Origin: an uncultured Alphaproteobacteria bacterium
Lineage (GTDB): Bacteria; Pseudomonadota; Alphaproteobacteria; Rs-D84; CACZYB01
NCBI GenBank assembly: GCA_934246625.1
Contig: CAKQHZ010000001.1
Coordinates: 180,001 to 212,000 of the forward strand
DNA: 32,000 nt
Direction: 5' to 3'
The position numbers and the translations under genes were made by a program. Each line of letters begins with the position of its first letter. The first letter of the stretch is position 1. The notes beneath the pieces are model-generated. The model worked only from the letters and a program-made list of their open reading frames with translations, made no database searches and had not been told where the DNA came from. This document shows positions 6,173-13,834 of this stretch, one piece after another.

Positions 6173-7633
6173 ATGGAAAAGAGTTTTAAAATTACAAAAT
6201 TTATATGTTCAAGCCTTATCTTTGGGCTTGGATTTTTGCAATCTTCTGTTGGCTTTGCAGAGGGGGCACCTATTTATTATGATACATTTTACAATGATTA
6301 TTATAAGTCTTTTCCAGATACAAAACCAAAGAAAAAGGAAACAAAGACTGTAAAAACTCAACCTATCCAACCTATGCAAGTTGTTGGACAACCAACATAT
6401 TACAATGGTTATGATCCATATATGCAATATCAAACAAGTGCAGTATATAATCAATCATACAATCCTTATGCCTCTTTTTATCAAAAAGTTGACCACGACC
6501 CCAAAAGATGGGAATTTGATATAAAGTATAAAAAGGGTGAAGGTCAGTTTATGTTTAAAAGTGATGTCGGCTCTATACTTAATTGGGACGAACTTCAAAC
6601 AAATGAAACTGTTTTCACGGTTTCTCGTGATTTTATGATAAGAAATAGACAATATGTTTTCAGTGCAAGTTATGGAACTGGAAAATATACTACTGACAGA
6701 ACTTCTGATGATGACGTATTTAATGAAGCTCACATTATTTCACTTGGTAAAGGTAATGCAAACCTTACTGATTTGTCTTTTTCATTTGGTGCACGAAATC
6801 TTTATAACTGGGCTGGATTTGATGTAACTCCTGTAATTGGTTATAAGAGAAAGAAACAAGAATTTGAAATGTCAGACCATGCAACCCCTGCTCCTTTTTA
6901 TTTAGAGTATTTTTGTGATGGAGCAACTGAATCTGACCCAACTTGTGTTAATGGTATAAATCTTGTTGACCATGGTTTAACTGTTGATGATATATATACT
7001 CCTAATGGTTCTGCGGTAGATACAAGTGATTTGTTTATCCCAGGTGTTGGTATAGATGCAAATGGGAATAGCTCTACAAACCTTTCTTATGGTATGCAAA
7101 TTTATGATGAAGATTTTTGTTTCCTAACACAAACAGGAAAAGAAGTTTGTATTTATTCCGAAGCAACAAATGGCTCAAACAATATACTTAAAACATTTGG
7201 TGGTGTATCTTCTGTTAATATAACTGAAGGTGTCACACATATGTATCATGTTACATGGGAAGGCCCATTTATTGGTGTGAATTTAGAAAGAATGATAAGT
7301 CCTCGTGAAACATTGCTTGTATATGGTGAATTGTTTAAACCATCTTATAAAGTATGGGGAAACTGGCCAAACAGAGATGATTGGGCTCATGACCCTTCAT
7401 TTTATGATAAGGGTGGTTCTGCTTGGGGTGCTTCTTTTGATGCAACTTATAAATACAGAATTAAAAACAGCACCGAATTTACTATTGGTTTTAACTATGA
7501 ATATATAAAAGAAAAGAATGCTGATACTCATCAATTCTTTGCTGATGGCACATCAGAAGTTTATAAAAATTCTATTTTGCTTGCAAGATGGAAACATTAT
7601 GGTATTGCTATTGGCTTAGCATTCAAATTATAA
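6173..7633 (+). CDS. Outer-membrane beta-barrel protein, barrel loosely omptin-like, with a Tyr-rich N-terminal module
   Basis: 486 aa. The signal peptide ends ...SSVGFA|EG, followed by a Tyr/Asn/Pro-rich segment and a basic linker. Alternating amphipathic strands end in the C-terminal IAIGLAFKL. See the findings for the motif-by-motif comparison with OmpT. Confidence 0.6.
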   Translation: MEKSFKITKFICSSLIFGLGFLQSSVGFAEGAPIYYDTFYNDYYKSFPDTKPKKKETKTVKTQPIQPMQVVGQPTYYNGYDPYMQYQTSAVYNQSYNPYASFYQKVDHDPKRWEFDIKYKKGEGQFMFKSDVGSILNWDELQTNETVFTVSRDFMIRNRQYVFSASYGTGKYTTDRTSDDDVFNEAHIISLGKGNANLTDLSFSFGARNLYNWAGFDVTPVIGYKRKKQEFEMSDHATPAPFYLEYFCDGATESDPTCVNGINLVDHGLTVDDIYTPNGSAVDTSDLFIPGVGIDANGNSSTNLSYGMQIYDEDFCFLTQTGKEVCIYSEATNGSNNILKTFGGVSSVNITEGVTHMYHVTWEGPFIGVNLERMISPRETLLVYGELFKPSYKVWGNWPNRDDWAHDPSFYDKGGSAWGASFDATYKYRIKNSTEFTIGFNYEYIKEKNADTHQFFADGTSEVYKNSILLARWKHYGIAIGLAFKL

Positions 7634-7642
7634 GGAGCTAAA

Positions 7643-8536
7643 ATGAAAAATTTATTTACAAAATTACTATTAACATCTGGTATGATTTTATCTTCTAATC
7701 TTGTATTGGCTCAAGAATATAACAACTATTATGTTGATTATATGTATAATAATTATTTAAAAGATAAGTCAAAAAAAACTCCTAAAATAGTTTTTGAAGA
7801 TGTCAATGTTGATACAAATACAACATCTGTAATTCAAACAGATATGAACAAGGAACACAAAATAACTCAACCTCAACAACAAAAAAAGGAACCAGTAAAA
7901 CAAGCCAAAAAAGAAGTAAAAGTTGAAGAAAAAAATGCTACACCTTTTTACTTTGAACTTGGATTAGGAATAAGTAAATTCCGCAATTACGAAGTTATTC
8001 AACCTCAATATTCTCCTGATGCTGCAACTATGGAACCTCAAGATACAGCAAATATGTTTGTAAAATTTGGTATGACTGATTTTTTAACAAAACTTATGAA
8101 TCTTGAATTTGAACTTGGCTATGTAAATAATAATAAAATTACAACAGAACAAGAAAATAAAGTTTATCTTATGGACTATAATCAAAAGGTTAAAACATAT
8201 ACTCTTGGTGCGAATATTTCTTATAACTTCCTTGGTATCGATAATATGTTTGTTCCATTTATAAACTTTGGTGGTGGTGTTGCAAGATTTGAACTTAGCG
8301 ATTATGGTAAAACAAAAGATTCAAACGGCTATCTTTATAATTTTGAAAGTGGAAAAAATACAAAAAATACAATATATGGAAAAATTGGTGCTGGTTTAAT
8401 GTATAAGATGGATGCAACTACTCGATTTACAATTGGTGCTGATTACTTTGTTTATAAAGATTATGACTTAAAGAATCTTAATCTTCAAGACCTTTCACGA
8501 ATAAATATTCAAGCAGGTTTAAGATTTTATTTCTAA
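7643..8536 (+). CDS. Outer-membrane beta-barrel protein (OmpA-like/OmpW-like small barrel class)
   Basis: 297 aa, starting 9 nt after the previous gene. The signal peptide ends ...NLVLA|QE, followed by a Tyr-rich segment and a Lys/Gln/Pro-rich linker. The barrel starts PFYFELGLGISKF and ends with the terminal OMP signature INIQAGLRFYF. Confidence 0.7.
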   Translation: MKNLFTKLLLTSGMILSSNLVLAQEYNNYYVDYMYNNYLKDKSKKTPKIVFEDVNVDTNTTSVIQTDMNKEHKITQPQQQKKEPVKQAKKEVKVEEKNATPFYFELGLGISKFRNYEVIQPQYSPDAATMEPQDTANMFVKFGMTDFLTKLMNLEFELGYVNNNKITTEQENKVYLMDYNQKVKTYTLGANISYNFLGIDNMFVPFINFGGGVARFELSDYGKTKDSNGYLYNFESGKNTKNTIYGKIGAGLMYKMDATTRFTIGADYFVYKDYDLKNLNLQDLSRINIQAGLRFYF

Positions 8537-9283
8537 AAAATTTACTCCCACATATTGGGGGTATTTTTTTAATCTTTTTAGATATTCAAAGAAATTATTA
8601 TCAACAACTTTTTTTTGAAAAGACGAAGCGTGTCTTATAATAAGTTCATTATCCTTTGGCAAAATAAAACCAATATGTGATGTATCAAGTTGTGTTCCAA
8701 TTTTTTTTATTAACTTTGGATTATTGATAACTATATTTATCACCATAGGCTTTTTAATTATAGATAAAAGTTCATCTTTTTTTAAAAGCAAAGTGTCAAT
8801 ATCTATATAGTTTAATGAAACATTTTCCAAATCATAATCAACCTTTAGATTATAATTTTTTTTGAACCAATTACTTCTATCAAGTGTAATAAAAGAAATT
8901 GATGGAACAATGTTTAATTTTGTTGCAATATTGTTTGTAATATCACTTACATATTTACGATTATTTCGTATCCAATCAGGATTTGTAAAATGGTTGCGTG
9001 TTTCAAATGAAACTTTACCATTTGAATATCTTATATTGTTAATAATTGTTTCAAATTCGTCTTTATTTTTTGCAAAATGCAAAGCAAGAACCGTTTCAAC
9101 ATAAGTAAGGCAATCAAATTTATCAAAACGATAAAGTGGGTCATTATCAATTCCAAAATTTTCACCAAGAGGATTTAAAGAATACTCAATTTCCTTAAAT
9201 GAAGATGAAATTTTATCTATGCTATTACGCCCATCATACTTGCAACCGAATAAAAATAATAAAACTATTAAAAACTTTTTCAT
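8519..9283 (-). CDS. Lipoprotein, DUF1460-like (N-acetylmuramoyl-L-alanine amidase-like fold family)
   Basis: 254 aa. The lipobox is LLFLFG|C. FDCLTYVETVLALHF, IRYSNGKVSFETRNHFTNPDWIRNN and SHIGFIL...LIIRHASS match my recollection of DUF1460 conserved blocks. This was not verified by search. Confidence 0.55.
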   Translation of the reverse strand: MKKFLIVLLFLFGCKYDGRNSIDKISSSFKEIEYSLNPLGENFGIDNDPLYRFDKFDCLTYVETVLALHFAKNKDEFETIINNIRYSNGKVSFETRNHFTNPDWIRNNRKYVSDITNNIATKLNIVPSISFITLDRSNWFKKNYNLKVDYDLENVSLNYIDIDTLLLKKDELLSIIKKPMVINIVINNPKLIKKIGTQLDTSHIGFILPKDNELIIRHASSFQKKVVDNNFFEYLKRLKKYPQYVGVNFLEIKS

Positions 9284-9453
9284 TTTTTTCCTTTTATTTC
9301 ATCAAAATCATAAACAAAAAAATATATAAATTCAAGATGTAAAAAATTTATGGCTAAGACTGTATTCTTATATTAAAAAAAATATAAATTTTTAATGACA
9401 TTTTAAGAATAAAAAAGTATTATAGAGTCAAGTTTGTTAAAGAAGGGTCGTAA

Positions 9454-10605
9454 ATGTTGAAAAATAAAAATATTCTTATTATTACATCATCTTTGGAAAG
9501 TGGAGTTATTGATAAATCTGTTATTGATATTGCAACAATTCTTTGTGAAAAAAATTTTAACATCACTGTGATTTCTGCTGGTGGTAAAATGGTAAAGGAA
9601 TTAAAAAAGTATGGCATTGAGCATATACAACTTCCTGTGAACTCAAATGACTTTTTTGTAATAAGAAGAAATATGAAAAAAATTTCTGAAATTGCAAATG
9701 AAAAGCATATTTCTATGATTCACACATTTACTCCTCAATCTTCTTTTTATGGATTCAAAGTTTCAAAGATGCTTAATATTCCATATATAACTTCTTTTTT
9801 AAAAATTTATAAAAAATCATTTTGGCATTTAACAAACAATCGTATCAATTATTTAACAAAGGGGGATATTGTTATTGCTCCTAGTGATTATATGGCTTCA
9901 TATATTCAAATTACTTATAGAGTGCCAAGTGAAAAAATTGTAATTATACCTCAATGGATTGATACAGATATTCATAATGCAAACAATGTTAGTGCTGAAC
10001 GAATTATTTCTACGGCTTCGGATTTACGTATTCCAGAGGACCATTTTATTATAAGCACTATTGCAAAATTGGAAAAAACTCGTGGTCAAGCAAACCTTAT
10101 TACTGCAATTTCAATGTTGCCAACAAATGTAAAAAAGAAAGTGCGTTGTCTTATTATCGGTTCATATAAGGAACACAAAAGATATAAAAATGAACTTATA
10201 AAACTTGCTCAAAAACTTGGGGTTGATGGCTTAATTCACATTGTTGGAGATTGCAATGATACACCTGCTCTTTTAATGTTAAGTGATGTTTATGTTGCAA
10301 CGAATATTGAACCAAAGGCTTCTCAAATAACATTGCTTGAAGCACAAAGCCTTGGTCGACCTATTATTGCATCTAATATAGGTTCAACACCAGAATATAT
10401 TCTTGATGACGAATGTTGCAAAATGTATGACCCTAAAAATATAGATGAACTTGTAAAAGCTATATTATGGTCTATGGAAATTGATGAAAACAAACGTGAA
10501 GAAATTTCGAAAAAACTATCTGCAAATGCGAGATTAAATTTTTCAAAAAATTTATTACCACAAAAGGTTGGCAATATATATGATTATGTGTTAGAAAATA
10601 AATAA
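9454..10605 (+). CDS. Glycosyltransferase, GT4 (GT-B fold) family
   Basis: 383 aa. The N-terminus ILIITSSLESGVIDKSVIDIA is GT4-like. The C-terminal EX7E-type region reads TLLEAQSLGRPIIASNIGSTPEYI. Confidence 0.8.
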   Translation: MLKNKNILIITSSLESGVIDKSVIDIATILCEKNFNITVISAGGKMVKELKKYGIEHIQLPVNSNDFFVIRRNMKKISEIANEKHISMIHTFTPQSSFYGFKVSKMLNIPYITSFLKIYKKSFWHLTNNRINYLTKGDIVIAPSDYMASYIQITYRVPSEKIVIIPQWIDTDIHNANNVSAERIISTASDLRIPEDHFIISTIAKLEKTRGQANLITAISMLPTNVKKKVRCLIIGSYKEHKRYKNELIKLAQKLGVDGLIHIVGDCNDTPALLMLSDVYVATNIEPKASQITLLEAQSLGRPIIASNIGSTPEYILDDECCKMYDPKNIDELVKAILWSMEIDENKREEISKKLSANARLNFSKNLLPQKVGNIYDYVLENK

Positions 10606-10617
10606 AGGAGGGGAAAA

Positions 10618-12087
10618 TTGAAAACACTTTTTGTAACATCAGAATTATTTCCATTTAATAAAACTGGTGGCTTGGGTGATGTTTGTGCTTGGCTTCCACG
10701 TTCACTTAAAAAGGCTGGTATAGATATAAGATATTTAATGCCTGCGTTTCCATCTATTTTACAAAACTTTACTGAATTAACACAGGTCGCAAAATTTGAT
10801 AATAAATTTAAAGCAAAAGAAATAAATGTTTATCAGGGAACAATGAAGGGGAATTCAATTAAATTTTATTTGGTTGATGCTCCTGAACTTTTCCTTCGTG
10901 CAGGAAGCCCTTACTCTGATGTATGTGGTAATCCATGGGGTGATAATCATATAAGATATGCTTGCTTTTCTTGGGTTGCATCACAATTTGCAACTGGGGA
11001 AATTGATAATTGGACACCAGATGTAATTCATGTAAATGATTGGATGACTGCTCTTACTCCTGCTTACTTAGAAGTTTTAAAACGAAAAGATGCAAATATA
11101 AAAACTGCATCTATACTTACAATTCATAATCTTGCATTCCAAGGAATTTACCCATTTTCTGTATATGAAGATTTGGATTTGCCAAATTATATGTTCAATG
11201 AAGATGGTATCGAATTTTACCGACAAATATCTTTTTTAAAGGCTGGAATTTCTTTTGCAGATAAAATTACTGCGGTAAGTCCAAGCTATGCAATGGAAAT
11301 TCAAACAAATGAATATGGTTGCGGTCTTCAATCATCTCTTATAAAACGAAAAGATGCCATTACAGGAATTTTAAATGGTATTGATTATTCCGTTTGGAAT
11401 CCTGAAACAGATAAACTTATAAAGGCAAACTATTCAAAAAATACTTTGGCAAATAAAAAAATCAATAAGGAATATTTACAACAAAAGGCTGGAATACTTA
11501 AAAATGGCAAACTTCCTTTGTTTGGTGTATTAAACAGATTTACTGAACAAAAGGGTATGGATATTTTGATTGAGGCAATCCCTGCTATTATGATGAATAA
11601 TATTCAACTTGTTGTTATGGGAACAGACCAAGGTAATTATTTACCACGACTTCAAAATATTGCAAAACAATATCCTGAACAATTTGCGGTCCTTGATTTT
11701 GATGAAGATTTTTCACACCAACTTATTGCTGGTATTGATGTCCTTATCAACCCATCAAGATTTGAACCTTGTGGTCTTACTCAAATGTTTGCAATGAAGT
11801 ATGGAACTATTCCATTTGCACGAAGAACTGGCGGTCTTGCAGATACAATTATTGATGCAAATTTCCAAAATACTATTGTCAATAATATTGCAACAGGTTT
11901 CCTTTTTGATAACTATTCTGTTCACGATTTTATTTATGGTATAAACAGAGTATTAAACACTTTCAAAAATGAAAAAAAGATTTGGGAAAATATAAAGAAG
12001 CAAGCTATGAATCAAAACTTTTCTTGGGATAAATCGGCTGCGGAATATATTGACCTTTATAATACCCAACTTAATTTGATTAAATAG
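10618..12087 (+). CDS. glgA: Glycogen (starch) synthase
   Basis: 489 aa with a TTG start 7 nt after AGGAGG. The N-terminus LFVTSELFPFNKTGGLGDV is the KTGGL signature. Other matches are IHVNDWMTAL, TIHNLAFQG, LNGIDYSVWNPETD and PSRFEPCGLTQMFAMKYGTIP. Confidence 0.92.
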   Translation: MKTLFVTSELFPFNKTGGLGDVCAWLPRSLKKAGIDIRYLMPAFPSILQNFTELTQVAKFDNKFKAKEINVYQGTMKGNSIKFYLVDAPELFLRAGSPYSDVCGNPWGDNHIRYACFSWVASQFATGEIDNWTPDVIHVNDWMTALTPAYLEVLKRKDANIKTASILTIHNLAFQGIYPFSVYEDLDLPNYMFNEDGIEFYRQISFLKAGISFADKITAVSPSYAMEIQTNEYGCGLQSSLIKRKDAITGILNGIDYSVWNPETDKLIKANYSKNTLANKKINKEYLQQKAGILKNGKLPLFGVLNRFTEQKGMDILIEAIPAIMMNNIQLVVMGTDQGNYLPRLQNIAKQYPEQFAVLDFDEDFSHQLIAGIDVLINPSRFEPCGLTQMFAMKYGTIPFARRTGGLADTIIDANFQNTIVNNIATGFLFDNYSVHDFIYGINRVLNTFKNEKKIWENIKKQAMNQNFSWDKSAAEYIDLYNTQLNLIK

Positions 12088-12126
12088 TAGAAAACATTCT
12101 TGACTAAACAAGGACTTAAGTATATT

Positions 12127-12155
12127 ATACCTCTATGAAAAATTTATAGAGGTAT
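12127..12155 (+). promoter_or_regulatory. Perfect 10-bp inverted repeat (ATACCTCTAT-n9-ATAGAGGTAT) covering the lysS SD
   Basis: Read directly. The 3' arm contains AGAGG, 7 nt before the ATG at 12160. A possible promoter, TTGACT (12100-12105) with a 15-17 nt spacer to TATATT/TATTAT (12121-12128), lies just upstream. Confidence 0.5.
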
Positions 12156-12159
12156 TAAA

Positions 12160-13755
12160 ATGTCTGATAATCAAAAACAAAGTTTTCATTGGGCTGACAT
12201 CACAGCCGATAAAGTTATCCGTGAAAAGGGTGATAAGGAACTTTACACCGTTGCAAGTGGTATTACTCCTTCTGGTGTAGTTCATTTCGGTAATTTCCGC
12301 GAAGTTATTACTGTGGATTTGGTGGCTCGCGCTTTGATGCAAAAGGGTAAAAAAGTGCGTTTTATTTATTCTTGGGACGATTATGATACTTTCAGAAAAG
12401 TGCCTGCAAATATGCCTAAACAAGAGGAACTAAAGGAACTTTTATACCAACCTATTGTTGATGTATTTGACCCATTTGGTGAATATTCTTCCTATGCAGA
12501 ACATAATGAAAAGGTTTTTGAAAAGGATTTGCCTCGTGTTGGAATTGATTATGTAGAATTTATTTATCAAAATAAAAAATATCGTTCAAAAACATATAAT
12601 AAGGAAATTGTAAAAGTAATGGATAACAAGGATACCATTGCTTCTATATTACAAGAATTTAAAACATCTGAATTGGGTGAAAATTGGGCTCCTTTGTCAA
12701 CATATTGTGAAAAATGTAATCGCGACAGAATTACAATCACAGGATATGACAAAGAAACAAAAACTATTACCTATAAATGTGATTTATGTGGATTTGAAGG
12801 TAAAGAATCTCTTGAAGATTCAAATAGATTGAAACTTCCATGGAGAGTTGATTGGCCTATGCGTTGGGCATTTGAAAATGTCGACTTTGAACCAGGTGGA
12901 AGAGACCACTCCTCTGCTGGTGGAAGTAGAGATACCGCATCTATTATAATAAGAAAAGTATTTAATAAGGAACCTCCTGTATATATTCCTTATGATAATA
13001 TTGGTATAAAGGGATTTAATGGTAAAATTTCTTCTTCAAAAGGTAATGTTATTACATTAAAGGAAATTTTGGACGTGTATGAACCAGAAATGGTAAGATG
13101 GATTTTCGCATCATACAAACCTAATGCTGCATTCGATTTGGCATTTGATTTAGATGTCCTTAAAAATTACGAAGATTTTGACAGACTTGAAAGAACTGTT
13201 TATGGATTGGAAAATGTAAAGGAAGAAAAACGATTAAATGCAAAACGTATTTACGAACTTTCTCAACTTAATCCAGAAGGTAAAATTCCTGATGTTATGC
13301 CTATGCAACCAAGTTTCAGACATCTTTGCAATATTTTGCAAATAAATGATTTTGATATTGCAAAGGCAAGAAAATATTACGAAGCAGACATAAAAAATGA
13401 ACGTGATGAAAGAAGATTCAATGAACGTGCTGAACGTGCAGTATTTTGGATTCAAAACCATGCTCCTGAAGATTTTAAATTTATTATCAATAAGGAAAAG
13501 CGTTCTGATATTGAACTTAGCGATAATGAAAGGGCATTTATTTCTGCTTTGAAAAAAGAGCTTTCACAAAATTGGGATAATTATCAAACCGATAAAGAAC
13601 TTCAAAACAAAATCGGTAATATGGTTTCTGAATTCGAATTAACAACTGATATTTATAAAAAACTTTATCAAATTTTGATAAATCGTGATTTGGGGCCAAA
13701 ACTTGCTGGATTTATAAGAAGCATTGGTAAAGATAAAATCTTAAATCTATTATAA
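12160..13755 (+). CDS. lysK: Lysyl-tRNA synthetase, class I
   Basis: 531 aa. SGITPSGVVHFGNFREV is the class I LysRS HIGH-type motif and GKISSSKGNVI is the KMSKS-type motif. Length and organisation fit the class I LysRS found in archaea, spirochetes and alphaproteobacteria. Confidence 0.9.
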   Translation: MSDNQKQSFHWADITADKVIREKGDKELYTVASGITPSGVVHFGNFREVITVDLVARALMQKGKKVRFIYSWDDYDTFRKVPANMPKQEELKELLYQPIVDVFDPFGEYSSYAEHNEKVFEKDLPRVGIDYVEFIYQNKKYRSKTYNKEIVKVMDNKDTIASILQEFKTSELGENWAPLSTYCEKCNRDRITITGYDKETKTITYKCDLCGFEGKESLEDSNRLKLPWRVDWPMRWAFENVDFEPGGRDHSSAGGSRDTASIIIRKVFNKEPPVYIPYDNIGIKGFNGKISSSKGNVITLKEILDVYEPEMVRWIFASYKPNAAFDLAFDLDVLKNYEDFDRLERTVYGLENVKEEKRLNAKRIYELSQLNPEGKIPDVMPMQPSFRHLCNILQINDFDIAKARKYYEADIKNERDERRFNERAERAVFWIQNHAPEDFKFIINKEKRSDIELSDNERAFISALKKELSQNWDNYQTDKELQNKIGNMVSEFELTTDIYKKLYQILINRDLGPKLAGFIRSIGKDKILNLL

Positions 13756-13762
13756 AAAAATT

Positions 13763-13782
13763 GCTCCTTCGGGAGCTTTTTT
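13763..13782 (+). terminator. Rho-independent terminator of lysK
   Basis: GCTCC-ttcg-GGAGC is followed by T6. Confidence 0.7.
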
Positions 13783-13788
13783 AATACA

Positions 13789-13822
13789 AAAAAAATACCC
13801 CATAAATATGAGGTATTTTTTA
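13789..13822 (-). terminator. Rho-independent terminator of pheT
   Basis: The minus-strand RNA reads ATACCTCAT-attt-ATGGGGTAT, a 9-bp stem with one G-U pair, followed by a T-run. Confidence 0.65.
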
Positions 13823-13834
13823 CTTTGATAATTT

